NCBI GenBank assembly: GCA_964304625.1
Contig: OZ199840.1
Coordinates: forward strand, 4,556,658 to 4,614,765
Source of the DNA: Kudoa neothunni
Taxonomy: Eukaryota; Animalia; Cnidaria
Direction: 5' to 3'
Length of the DNA stretch: 58,108 bases
The stretch's first letter is position 1. The number at the start of each line of letters is the position of its first letter. Below, in pieces: positions 26,530-39,865 of this stretch. The notes beneath the pieces were generated by a model that searched no databases, was not told the origin of the DNA, and saw nothing but the letters and a program-made list of their open reading frames with translations. Position numbers and translations under genes: made by a program.

Positions 26530-27056
26530 TTAATTAAATTAGTTAAAACCTACAATAATATTCTATCGTTTCTTTGACTCAAATTTAGGTTCAGCTTTGA
26601 AATTAAATACATATTTTACTTTTTTTAAGTTTAAAACAAACATTATGGTGAATATAGTATTAATTTAATTATTATATTCTAATGATGCCGAGTATTAATA
26701 CTTTTTGGAAACAAACAAAACTCAAACTAAATTCTCTTAATTTGTTGTTATTTGAAGGTTTTTTATAAAATAATATTTTAAAATTCATTCTTATAATAGA
26801 AACCATATACAGCCAGTGACCGATATTATGTAATCCCCTCGGGACCATGTAAAAAAAGCGTGTAAGAATGTGCACGCCGGTTTTTGCGCACACTGGCGCG
26901 CGTATTTCAATATATTATTCAATTATTTATTAACAGAATTAAATGCACAAATTTTGGTAATTATGTATAGTCTTTTTTAAATGTAAGTACAATGATTGAC
27001 CGATTTTGCATAATTCAAATGGGATCTAGGAGAAGTGTGTGAAATTGGTAACGTCT

Positions 27057-27563
27057 AGTTTTACGCACTTATAAAAATAAATGTAGCTAGTTAATATATT
27101 TGAATTGCATACATTAATGAAATAAATCATTTATTGCATTAGAGATACAATAATTAATTATTTTGATCACAAAAAATTCGATCGATCCTATTTTATCAAA
27201 TTTGAATGATATCTTTCTTGTTTTTTGAAGGTGCCATAGGGGTTGGATAAAAAGGGTATGTTTGGTACTTTATAGTAACAAATTTGGTAGCTTTTGAATT
27301 CAACCTATTGCTTCGTTTCTATTTTATTTGTTCCATGTCATTTAATTCCTTTGAACATTAAACAAAGTTCACCTGTTTTTTTCAAAGACATCCAGAAAAA
27401 ATACTTAAAACCTGTCGATCACGTGATCAGCAACCTGTAAATTTCCCAATCATATTACATTATTTAGATCTAAATTCTTAAATAAAAACATTTCAAAATA
27501 TTATACATCAATTGTACATTTGTTTATTCGAATTGTGTTGCTTTTTAAAAAGTGCGTAAAACC
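27057..27563. mobile_element. ~500-bp MITE-like element with (G)GTTTTACGCACTT termini
   Basis: AGTTTTACGCACTTATAAAA (27057) and TTTTAAAAAGTGCGTAAAACC (ending 27563) are inverted. Related ends occur at ~14323, ~20422 and ~29965, and internal similarity to 29590-29770 is inverted. Confidence 0.55.
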
Positions 27564-28359
27564 GATCACTGACTGATTGGTGTATTTTCTATATGAATAC
27601 AAAGTATGATTAATTTTTCCGCCAAGGCATGTTGGTGGTTTCTCTCCTCTTTATTTGTGGTGATGCAATGGCAGTAACTTTTTTTTATTGAACAATTTAG
27701 AAAAAGTGATAGAAAACAAGGAAGGGGGATGTTGTATAACAAGTGATCTTTGAAAATTGAGTAATACCACAAATACTTATTATACCCTTTTGTTGTTTAA
27801 TATTTGTTTTACTTAATTTCAATGAATTATATTAACGTTGGTAACGTTTTCAAAATAATACATTGAATGATAAATGATATACGGTGTTAGATGTTTATTG
27901 AACTAGAGATAATTATGGAGTTATTCAACACCATTCTTGGGGTATAAATCCGTCCGTGCGCTGCGATTTTCGGACATTGGGACAATAAACACATTTCGTA
28001 CAAAAAGAAAACCAACTGCTCGTTTTATAGCTAACACAAAAACCACCATCTGATAAGTGTATCGTGTGCATTCGCAGTCGGAATAATAAAAATGGCACTC
28101 TTAGGATAAGACGAATATTATGTTCTTGTGACCATTCATGGGAAACTTTATAGAAGCTATCAAAATTATTTTTTAGTTTTAATGATTGAAAAGTTTTGAT
28201 CCGAATAATAAATATCAAGAAATAGAGCCCGCCTTGAATTATTATACTTTAATAGTCAAAATATGAAATTTAATTTAAAAAATATTAATTATAAGATGAT
28301 ATATAAACAAATATTAATCTAAATTGAAATATACTATATTTGGAATTGAAAAATAATTC

Positions 28360-29366
28360 GGCTATTTTACAGTATATGTGACGAACTTCGGATACAATAT
28401 TAAATTGAATATAAAACCATTATATATTTAATATTTGCACAGATTGCTCAAGTCCTTATTTTTAAATTTACACCTAAACAAAAAACTGGATATATATCCG
28501 GATTTTTGTTGGTCGCGTTTCTGTATTTGCGTTTGAAAGCTCCCCAAGTAGCTTCCATTCATTACGAATCTCCTTTTATGGATTACCTTTTCATGAACAA
28601 ACCCTAAATCAGCCAGTCGATTATACCCCAGCCCAACCATCTGTCCATATTATGGAATTGTCTTCAACATTTTCGATGATTATTCCCTCGAGAACACTTT
28701 GATTCCTAAGGCGGGAAATTTTTAAGAAAAAGTTTCTATTTTAGTCTATCATCCAATAATGTATTGTCGGCTCTTCAACAACCTACCTACACATTATATT
28801 TTCTTTTTGAGATAGCGGTTTCATCGATCTGTACAACAACTCCTATTTCACAAATTTTTTCGGATTCTTCATCAAGTTTTGAAGCCAATAAATCATGAGT
28901 AATACTCTTCCATTCAAAAATGGTAGCATATGATTCTATTTTGAAATAAAATGGTAGTATTTTGTAAGTAGCCGTTGGATTTTGAATGATGTAAACCATA
29001 AAATGGAAACTTTTCCAAAGAGGAAGTTTTGATAATTCGAAAATACTATTTTTTCTTACTAAGGATCGTTTTTGGCAATTTGTACATCTAAATTGGTAGC
29101 CATCACCGGTGTCGTTTCTTGTTGATATCTTCATTACCGCGCCACACGAACATTTCATGTAGCTTTGTAGGAGTCCAAGATTCTGCAAAACTTTAATTGT
29201 ATACGCATCCTCTTCACGAAAATATGCAAAATCGAAAACTGTTATATCGTCAATGTCTTCAAAGGTGAATAATTTCCTAAAACTTCCCATCCATCACACG
29301 CGGTTATTCGTTATTCCACAATTTATGAAACATGTCGAAGTTCGTCACACATATTGTAAATTAGCC
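28360..29366 (-). mobile_element. Merlin / ISXO2-like DNA transposon, internally deleted
   Basis: ~31-bp TIRs GGCTA(T/A)TTTACA(G/A)TAT(A/G)TGTGACGAACTTCG. ORF 28787-29290 has a Zn-ribbon (CSCG...CTNC) and VVQIDET...KRKYN; downstream TDGW.GYNRLADLGFVHEKVIH. Confidence 0.88.
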
Positions 29367-30123
29367 CAGATATATTTTTTAAATACGACGATTGAAAAAT
29401 ATAGATAATATATTAAGCTGGAAAATTTTCTACAATGCTACTCACATGACTGCAGGAAAGTATCTTTTCTTGCAAATTTTGTTTGGAAACTTGATTAATC
29501 AAGTTTAATCACGAAAACAATTAATTCAAATAACATAAATATTGATGAAGATAAAATATAATACAATGCTTATATTCTTTAAATAAGTGTCAAATCTGAA
29601 ACCATAAAGCACTTAAACATAATACCCATATCCACCCTTAATGGGATTTTAAAAAAAGAAATTAAAATTATCAAAATCATTGAAAAAAATCATTTGTCAT
29701 AAGCACATTTATTTTAAGGAATCCAAAATATTTTCCGCATTTTCACAAAGAGGATCGATCAATTATGCTAGGTCCGCTTGACGAAGATTTTGAAATCATT
29801 TAAAAAAGTTTTACTCAAGCTAAAATAAATAATTTAATTTTGAGTAATGAAAATTATTTTTTGGTATTAATTCAAATCGATTAAACAGCCATATATGACT
29901 AGATATAGATATATGCGTTAAACGAAAACAGTTTATTAAACATTCTTTTGCATTCCCAAAGAGATTGCGTAAAACCGACTACGTACTGTATAACAGGAGG
30001 TGCTCGTAAAATATCACTCTATTGTCAAAACTATCGTCTTATCAAAGTCTTCTAATATGCCAAAAAATTCGTGTTAATATTTGTTTTGGAAAATTTGTGT
30101 TAATGAACACAATTTCAACTCCA

Positions 30124-30192
30124 TTTATGTCATAATTCATGTCGTAACTCATGTCGTAACTCATGTTGTGACTCATGCTGTGACTCATACTG
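30124..30192. repeat. 12-bp minisatellite (~5.7 units, CTCATGTCGTAA-like) downstream of the RBM39 stop
   Basis: TTTATGTCATAA TTCATGTCGTAA CTCATGTCGTAA CTCATGTTGTGA CTCATGCTGTGA CTCATACTG. Confidence 0.85.
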
Positions 30193-30308
30193 AAGTGAAC
30201 ACTTCAACATATAACGAATTAAAAAAAATAACGGCGGTATACACAAGATTTTTAATTTAACGACAGAAATAAGGCGAAAAATCGTTTTTGTAGTTAAAAC
30301 CAACTTGA

Positions 30309-33300
30309 CTATATAACAGATGGGAAAAGATTACGATAGGAAGATGAGGAAATGTGGAACGATTTGATCACACGGCCCGCATATTTTCTTCCATTCATAT
30401 CATCCACCACGGCAGAAGCTTCTTTATTTGATTTCACTTTCAGATATACATTTCCCTAATTGATAGATTAATTAGAATCAACCCACTCCGTTTAACAGAA
30501 AATTAGGTGTGGAATTTGAATGCACATACTTCTTTGCTATTTTTGTCTACATTGATATGTACAATTTGGGCGAATTTCGATACCACTTTGTAGACATCGT
30601 TTTCAATTTCTTTAAGGATTTCTGGCCTAGAACTTTCTTTAGCCGGATCGAACATATTAGAAAGCACAATAAAAGGTGTGGGGGATGATGAGGGAGGTGG
30701 GGTTTCAGTTGCTGGTGCAGGGGTAACGTTGGAAATAAAGTCAGTCATACCACGAGCGGCAGCGAGTTTTTGCATGAGCATAGCTCTGGAGGTGGCATTC
30801 AAACCAACACCACCTTTATCAGTTTCCTCATCATCAAGAATGTCAGTATTGAGGGTGGGTTGATTTGTCACATCTGAACTATCCGATACTAGTCCAACTT
30901 TGATTTTCTTGCCAACCAACTCGAATCCATCCATTTTAGCTATCGCCTGTTTTGCACTTTCAGCATCTTTGAATGAGATGTTGCCGTAACCTTTCGAACG
31001 ACCGAATTCATCGTATTGAAGTTGTACACTTTCGATCGTGCCAAAGGGTTCAAAAATGGCGCGCAACATTTTCTCAGTTATATTCAGGTTGAGTGAGCCC
31101 ACGAACAATTTGGTCAAGCCCTGTGTTTTGGACATCTGAGCCAGTTCTAAAGCGGCACGATTTTTCTCGGACATCGTGTTTTGGATAATAACAGGACCAC
31201 CATTAAGAGGTGCTCCACTCATTTTGATGGCAAGTGTCACTGATTCTATGTGTTGAAATTCTACATAGGCGATCCCTTTGGAACGTCTCGACGCTCGGTC
31301 GGCTATCATACGGATGTCCCGAATTTTTCCCACATCAGCGAAAAATTCCTCAATATCTCTGCTACTTACGGACTTTTGCAGTTGCATCATCAACACAGTT
31401 CTGGCGTCTCGTTCCGCATCTGTCAAAGGAACCATATCTGCTTTGTCTACCCTAAAATATTGCGGGGGTTCCAAATTAGATATTGGGCTTCCATTGTACA
31501 ACATAAACTGTACATATTGGTCCATTTATTGGCGGACGATCGTTCATTTTTTCTCGACGAATCTCTACTGTCTCCTCTACGTCGATGACGTCGGTGACCA
31601 CCATTTGAAGATGATGACCGATGTCTTCGTTTGTATCGATGTGAAGATCTGTCACGATGTCTGTCTCGAGATCTCGATCTTAATATCACACACAACATTC
31701 ACTCGAGTAACACCTCATGAAAAAAGAATACCTTCGACGAACTCGATCTCTATTTAATTCGTTTAAAATCAATCAAATTTAATAAAAGTTTCACGTCCGA
31801 CACTTTTATTAAATATAATGTTCAACAACAGAGGCAGTGTGTTAGCTAGTTTATTCGTTCATTGACACCTTAACAAGGAACTCGAATTCTCTTAGCTCTA
31901 CATAATATAGGGGGTTATTCATTGTTATAATCTAGCAAAATTAGGTCAAAGTATAAACTGCAATACCAAGATTTATTATTCAATAGCACTATAGCTAATA
32001 ATTTGACTAAAAATGCTTGTTTTGAGAAGGTTGTTAAGAAATACGTAATAGTATCGCGAAACATTCTTATAAATTGTAAAAAATCCGCGAGTTCGCATTT
32101 CGACAGGGTTAACTCTGGCAATACAGAATTTCAGGAGCTATTTCAGCTAGCATTAATTTGTAATTTTTATGCAAATTATTCATACAAATATCTAACTGTT
32201 TCTAGTTGTACTTATTTTTATTATTGAGTTGAATTGGTGGAAAACGTGACCTTACTTTATAGACTAATTAATGACAATTTATTAAAATTGCTAGAATATA
32301 CTCGGTATAATTTATTATTTCATCAAAAAAATAAATAATTAAATCAGAAAATGATGAAATTAGAGAACAACACTGCTGGTGGCATAATTCCTGCTCTTAA
32401 TCAATCCCATGGGATAATCCTTGACACATGATAACATTAAATAATGAAGGGTAGTTTAGCAGCTTTACTCATTATTTTAAATGGAACATAATGTTAATTT
32501 TGTCCTTCATTTAGTTGTTTCATAAAATTTGAATCGTATAAATCACCAAATGGAGATATTTAAAATTAAGAATCACCATAGTTTTCAACACTGTCACGGA
32601 ATTATCTTAAATGATATACTAATTGTAAAGCGTAATATTCAAATAAGTAAAACCTTTATAAATTTCAATACCAAAACTCAGCGCTTCCAGACTCAAACCG
32701 GAACGCGCTGTATTAAATTAGGTCGATATAAGAGTAAGGTTAGTTAGATCCTTTATTACATCCACGGGATAAAAACATGTTGGAACCAGGAACGAAATAA
32801 TCAAGTTCTGGTAAAGCTTAATTTTGAGAATTTAAAATACACGCTCATTAAATATAAAGATTAAAATTAATTATAGCAATTATTTTTATTGACTTCGAAA
32901 TAACCCCATTATTTCTATTGCATAAATTAAATAATCACGACTGGTCTGAAGTATTCTTGAATTAACGCGAGAAACAAAGAAATTGAAGTTCCAAATATAC
33001 GCCAATCTGGAAAAAGCTATAATAACAGATTAACCTTGAAAATAAGTTATTATAGCTTTTTTCCAGCGTAAAATTAAGATAAAAATGGATTAATTTTTGA
33101 TAAGTTAACAATTTAATTTTATCATAAAAAAATATATTCGTTATAATCAAAAATTGATGAGAATTCATTATTAAAATTAGAAAAACTAAATTTTCGTCCA
33201 CATTGATTTTAAAGTAATTGCGCTATTAGGTGCACAATTAGAATATATATCTTGAACCCATGCAACGACCACATTGCCTTCCAGATCATAATACCTATTC

Positions 33301-34311
33301 TAAAAATAAGACTGTGGGATCGTTAATTTTAAAAACTATCAGTCAATCTACAATCTTCATTCAAAATAAAGTTAATGTTTTCTATTAATTACGCTAATTG
33401 TTGAACAATTATTTGAGCCATGAGATTTAATTCCCAGGTCTCATGGAGATTATTAAAAGTCAAGTGACAGTCCCATAGCAAACGGAATTCATGCGACCAA
33501 ACATAAATACTCTGTTTTGATAATTCGTGAATCTCTGTGAATGGGTGGGAAAAAATATTTGTTATTAAACTGGTTAAACAAAGTTTTCACCGCCAAAGTA
33601 TTAATTCAAAAAATTTACAGCCAATTTTACAAGAAGCTACACAAGTTATCCATAAAAAATAAAGCAAAATCATTCTACTAATCCAGGAGTGTTATAATGA
33701 TTAATTAGTTTTTTTCAAAACCTACAATACAATAAAGATTGCTATAATAATTAAAATTTAGCATTCAATTTTATCAAACCAAATTTATTCATTACACTCA
33801 AGTTAAACCGACATTTTAATAATCACAAATATTCACCCTTAATTCTTCATTACCGTTAAAGAACTTCATTTTACAACATTTTGATTAACATTAAATATTT
33901 CTATTCAGTAAATAATTAAGGATTAATCAACAAGATATATTTAATGCATTAATGAATGGGTGATTTGATGTAAAAGGAAGACGTGAAACCATTTTGACAA
34001 ATAAAATCATACCGTGAATCATCTGACGATTTAGAACGTCTCCTAAACCAAAGTGAAGAAGAATAAAATTCAAGTTAGAAAATCGAATTAATTGATTTAA
34101 GTAAGAAAATCAAAACTATTCAATTATAGGCACCTTCTTTTATGTGATTTCACCGGACTTCGTGAATTGGAATTTGATTCCTTGTTTTTCTATGCAAATA
34201 AAGTAACAATTAGATTTAAAACGAAGGGAGATTCGTTCACTATAATTGATCGCTTACTTTTTTATTATAGGAATCCTCCAACAGCGCCTCAACATCAATA
34301 TCGTCTGCCAT
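30309..34311 (-). CDS. RBM39: Splicing factor RBM39/CAPER (RS domain, 2 RRMs, UHM); exons 34311-34258, 34189-34134, 34042-34013, 31749-31732, 31678-31514, 31451-30530, 30455-30309
   Basis: N-terminus MADDIDVEALLEDSYNKK (human MADDIDIEAMLEAPYKK), RS repeats, ERDARTV..SKGIAYVEF, LFVGSLNLNITEKMLRAIFEPFG, LSNMFDP, GNVYLK. Splice phases are compatible. Confidence 0.92.
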
Positions 34312-34584
34312 TGTCCTCGACCACGGTTCACGAAGGAGGCCGAAGTTTTGATTTCTGGTCTATTCTAGTTTCCTCTTTCTTTACCGACCACAAAGTGATA
34401 AAGTCACGTAGTTGTTTCATTTTTATTTAAAATGTATTAAAATTAAAATGAAAGAATCGTTCTTTAAATTTTAATAGGAAAATTCCGAATATATATTTGA
34501 GCTAATTTCTCCATTTATCACATTTAAACAAATACCACAGCATATAGATTGGTCGTGAAATTTTAATTGATTGTTACTATAAAT

Positions 34585-36110
34585 TAGGGGTGCACAAAAC
34601 CCAGCCTCAATGAGCTTTTTTGTGGCCCGCGATTAACTCTAATTAAGTTCAGATTAATGGTATACTTTTAAATAAAATGAAAAAGTGTTACATTATTTAC
34701 CTTTTATTGGTTTATCTAGATATTGAATCTGTTGGAACACCTAATAACATTTATTTGAACTTTTTATTATATGCGAACCTTTAAGAACAAACAATCAATA
34801 AAACTCTCTAAATAGGCGAGAAGATTTATTGATATTAACCACTTCATCATGTGATATAGGAATTTCTTTTAAATATACGTTCAGTACCAATTTGGATTAT
34901 TTCTTCTCGAGTGTGTATGGAGAAGAAGAGAATCATACAGGTACAGGGCTGAAATGTGATCGAAATATTCGTCTGACCATAAGTTTATATTCATTTAAAA
35001 TTAGATTAACGATTAAAGTACGTTTTATAAACGGTGCGAAATAATATGGTATTTTATATTGTGAGTAGAAATCAGTTTTCGAAAAGTTTTTATAAGATAA
35101 ATAAATAAACCTTGACACAAAAGTAAAACGTCTGTTAGAGCTGATAATAAGCACATATTACAGGGCAATTTAAACTGGACTTCACATATGCGCACACAAC
35201 TATTTTTCTCATCCAGGTTATACCTCATATTTAATTTAGTTTATTTTATTGCTAAATTAAATTGAATGAAATCAGGAAAAGAATATTTGATGACGAGAAT
35301 AGAGAATTTAATGACGCCTGGACAGAAAAATACTGTTTTATCCAACGGGGGACAAATATTATTTGTTTGCTATGTCATTCCTCAGTAGTGTGTAGTAATG
35401 TTATCAAATATCAAAAGTCATTATGAGACCATTCATAAAGACTTGAAAACTTTGTTGGCGAAAAAAGAAGCGCTAGAATTAATGAGACAGCTTATGGATA
35501 AAGTAGAAAACTTTGCTTACTTCTCTTTGACGTCAAATGAATCAACTGCACAATTACTTGTTTTTGTTCGCGGTGTTTCATTGAATTTTTCGCAACTCGT
35601 AAGCGTAACAACAGATGGTGCACCAACCATGGTAGGCGAGACCAACGGACTTTTAGCGCTTTTAATGAAGCATCGAAGAAATCATTGTAAGCAGTTTCAT
35701 TGCATTATTCGGTCAGCAAAACCTCTGCAGTAAAGAGCTCGGTTTTCAGTCGTTAATAACTTTGGTGATTAAAACAATCAACTTCAAAAAATCACGAAAA
35801 CTGAACCCTCGTCAGTTTCAAAACTGTCTGAAGAAAAGAATTCTGATTATGTCGATCTTGTTTATTGCTGCGAGGTACGTTGGTTGAGTCAAGGGAAAAT
35901 GCTTAAGAGATTTTGGGACCCAATTGAAGAGATCGTTCAATTCCTCAAATTAAACAACAAAGATGAAGGAATCGCTTCCATGGCTGATTTAGCCGTTCTT
36001 GTTGATATAACTCAACATTTAAATGATTTAAATTTCAAGTTACAGGGAACAATCAGCAGGCGTGTCATATGGCTAACAATGCAAAAATTGACACTAAAAA
36101 CTATATAGCT
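34585..36110 (+). mobile_element. hAT Charlie/SPIN (GTF2IRD2/EPM2AIP1-like) transposon relic
   Basis: Left end TAGGGGTGCACAAAAC...GGCCCGCG after CTATAAAT. Fragments ENREFNDAWTEKYCF..ICLLC, TTDGAPTMVG, FHCII, EVRWLSQGKML.RFW and LAVLVDITQHLNDLNFKLQG. Confidence 0.8.
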
Positions 36111-36299
36111 AACAATAAGGAGAAAAATGAATGAAGAGTTGATTTAATTCAGCATCATTGGATATTCTATGTGTGTTCATGGATAATTGTTGCTCTTTGA
36201 TAGTGAATTCGCTATAGTATATATTATATATTGACATAACGAAGAATTTCATCTATCTTATCTAAGCAATCTCCGATTGCTTAGATAAAAAACTTTTGA

Positions 36300-37400
36300 G
36301 TTTTCCACGGGCTTGTTCAATTCGATTGTTAGTATTGAATCCAAAAGTTATTATGTTTTTTCTCAGACGTTGTGCCCACATATCAGAAATACCTAACCAA
36401 CATTTTGAAAGGTACAAAAAGTATGTGTTATTCGTCTTTTTATTTCGTCTACAAAGGATAGATATTCGTCATATGATTTAGAATAGATAGTTTGTTTTGA
36501 AAGGGTTTTCAATCTATTATTTGTATTTTTATTGACTTCAAGTGAGTGAATTTTTCTACATGATAAGAACATAACGAAATATTTGCATTAAATAAAAATT
36601 TCATTAGTGAATTAATTTCAGTTGCTTCCTCATCATCTAAGATAACTTTTTTTATTTTTGTTTCTTCCATTAATTTACAACACGAAGATATTACATTATC
36701 AGCCAAATTTTGAGTTTCATTTTTAACGAAAGCGAAGAAGTTTGATCAAGTTCGTCCGTGAGAATCAACTACTGCAAAGTTTTACAATGGAGATCTTGTT
36801 TTGTTTACTTTGTAGGTTTTGTCAATATGAAAAATTTCACCATAGTTAGAATAGTAGAGATTTTTCATATTTTTCGTAGTGAAACAGAAAACGTTTAGTT
36901 GATCCGATTCTGCTTCTTTGTAGATGTTGAGCAAGAGTTGACCATCGTATTTTTTAGAAAGGTGTTCCATAGAGATTGATTCTGGAGTATTCTTGTTTGT
37001 GCGATGTTTCATACTTCCAATTTTTTTAAAATTGAAAGGGATGTTCACATCGGATTCAAGACTTCCTTTCACTCTTATGTTATCTGCACCCCAATTAAAA
37101 CAATATGATAATGTTTGTTTCTTCCCATACGATACATTCTAATTATTTCGATAGAAAGATATGTCGTATTTTACATGATTGTGAGTTATATTGTAATTAA
37201 ACACATATAACGCTTCATTTTGAGTAGATATGGTAATAAATGCTGAACAACATTTTGATAATGAGGACTGAGGTGCAGATGTACTTTTTCTTGAATGTTT
37301 AAAGTCTCCATGTGGGAAGATATATTTAATATATCTGTAAATTAATTTTTCTTCGTTATTATTAACATTATCCGACTGATTATCTTAATATTTAAATTTG
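36300..37400 (-). mobile_element. Degenerate Mutator-like (MULE) transposase fragment
   Basis: ORF 36782-37072 ends FCFTTKNMKNLYYSNYGEIFHIDKTYKVNKTRSPL (MULE D-x-T-Y-K motif). ORF 36509-36706 has VILDDE and LCSYHV (CxxH). Confidence 0.7.
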
Positions 37401-38045
37401 ATGCTCCTAACAATTCTGTAAGAGAAACCAGATTCCTTAATTTTAATGTAAAAACATATCATTTTATAACAGTACTTTAATAAAATTATCAAGGCATTGT
37501 TTCATTTCGGTATATGAAGAAAATTGAATTTTAAGTAATCTGTGTACACTTTCCGCCATATTAATTTATTAAGACCGACTCAGTACCAATACACGTGGGG
37601 CCAAAAATAACATAAACATATCTTCGCCAAATTATATCGTTAAAATAAATTTCGTAATTTTGATTTTATTTATTGAGTTGACTTTACATTGTTGATTATA
37701 AGAGAAGGCACTCGGTTGGCTATTGTGAATTCTCACTTAAAATTCATTTTTATAAAATAAAAATTATCTTTTTGCATAAACAAATAAAGAAAAAAATTAT
37801 TTTCTCTAATTATTATCGCATTCCTAAAACATAAACTTTGCACATATACATCGATAATATATTTCAAAAAATAGTAGTTAATTTTTATAATCTGTAATCA
37901 TTTTATATACATAAACAATATCTGAAAAATATATTTTATCCTTTTAATAAGCTATTTTGTTTGTGAAAGTGCTATAACCTGTAGAAAAAAGCGAAATAAA
38001 TATAATCCTATAATCCCCTCACATGCACCGGTGTAGTGGAAAGAG

Positions 38046-39439
38046 AAGGGTTGCCAGAGTTAGTACATTTTCGCACTACATAAGGAAATTGGTACTTCTG
38101 GTACGACTTCGACGCAAGTTGATAAGTTTTAAGATAGAATTATTATATATGCTTGCCACATAATGAGATAACGTGCTAGAAGATTTGGCGCAAAGTATCC
38201 TCTCATATCTCACAAATAGCTCAAAGCGTCAGAATGAATATAACGGATTACAATAATTATTTGACATCAAGCACTATATCATATTAATCTCTGTTGCATA
38301 AGGTGACTGTCTCTTTAGGAAATCGCTCATAAAATATTGGAAGAATGGTCAGTTCTCACAACGTTTGTAAAGGTTGGATCATAAGAAAAGTGGGCTAAAC
38401 CCGCACCAAAAATATTTTCACCTCTATTTAAACCCATAATTAAAATGTATTAGGCTTTTTTAACTTTTTCTTACCCATAGTCAATGAATTCAAAGTTGAA
38501 TCACAAGATGAGAGTTTAGATTTCGTAAACTTAGGAATCCCTTTTAAAAGATTAAAAAAATGATATGTAATTATTTGTTGAGAAGTCTAATCAAAAAATA
38601 ACACCTTCTGGATCTTAAATATTAAAATCCCCGTAAATTATATTCTTCCGGGTAAGTTTTATTTTGAGTCAAAAGTAGAATCAGTTTAGAATGAAAATAC
38701 TACTGGAATAAGTACTCCAGATCTTGATTACTTTCTTACCAAAGCTCTGCATCTCCATTTATTATTGACGAAACAGATATTTCAAAGGTTTTTAAAAATC
38801 ACAAAATTTACGCCTATACGATTATTTAAATCCATGCATCCTGCAAATGTCAATGAAGGAAAACCTCATTCCATCATACCCCTCTCAAAGAGATTTCCAA
38901 GTATTATTGTTGAAAATGACCCAAAGAAATATTGGTATGCAGTCGCAAATGAAAGAAGAGGAGAAACATTTAAGTATCGGTCACAGTCAAAATTAATGCT
39001 GTCTTTACTTGCTTTGGCTCATTCGTCTGGATCTACCGACAGATTATTTTCATTATCGAATTAAAACAAAGGTAAAACCATATTTATATTGGAAAATGAA
39101 ACAATAAATGCACCACTATATACTGAATGTTTCCTAAGAGACGTCAGTCGCATGAGATGGAATCCATCTGACCAATTGACTAAAATGATTGAAAAAATTA
39201 ACCTATATGATATATGATGATGATGAGGAGGACAAGATAATGAATTAATATTTTGATGTATAAATAGATCCTATCAACTATTGTTTCTGTTTCGATTAGT
39301 TTAATGTTGTTAGAATTGTATTATCTGTAAATATGTACATTTTTTAAATTTTTAGTACGATCTTAAATTTGTTGGAACCATTTGCTACGTTTCCATTACA
39401 ATATTTGTTACAATTTATAAAAATCGTCTGGCAACTCTG
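38046..39439 (+). mobile_element. Internally deleted hAT transposon with intact ends
   Basis: TIRs AAGGGTTGCCAGA / TCTGGCAACTCTG. Perfect 8-bp TSD GGAAAGAG (38038-38045 and 39440-39447). Dimerisation-domain remnant LSLLALAHSSGSTDRLFS. Confidence 0.88.
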
Positions 39440-39498
39440 GGAAAGAGACACTATCTCTAACATCGCGGTTTTTACTTCAAATGATCGTAAACTATTCT

Positions 39499-39529
<31 letters not shown>

Positions 39530-39865
39530 CAAAATATTAATTTTATCAACATGTAGATCAATATATTTAAAAGTTTCTTTTACAAACATTAATATTTTGA
39601 GGAATGCTAATATTGTATTTATCTACCAACAAATACTTTAATCTAATTCTTTTATTTCTATACAACTATTAAATACTAACCTTAAAGTTGAAATTTTATG
39701 ATACTGAAAACTTTAATGGATTAAAATTCATGCATATTAATTATTTTGAAGCTAGAATGATAACGAAAGTGAGTTGTTCCTATAACTCCACATCTTATTA
39801 TCGGTAAAACAAAGAGATATGTATAAAAGAAAAACAATAGGTCTCTACATGAATAAATAAAAAGT

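Noticed and set aside
27925-28218. Cys-containing minus-strand ORF (FCTKCVYCPN), possible piggyBac C-terminal domain
   Set aside because: Too degenerate, with no supporting catalytic motifs or termini.
30678-31757. Several plus-strand ORFs overlapping RBM39 (likewise antisense ORFs over RPL15, PP1, SF3B4 and the surface genes)
   Set aside because: They are shadow frames of real coding exons with no recognisable motifs.
31795-31802. 8-nt micro-exon as a constitutive RBM39 exon
   Set aside because: Exon 34042-34013 already joins 31749 in phase 2, so including it would shift the frame. Kept only as a possible cassette.
39503-39530. (AT)n tract (also ~23660 and (GGT)n at ~22690)
   Set aside because: Ordinary microsatellites with no further structure.
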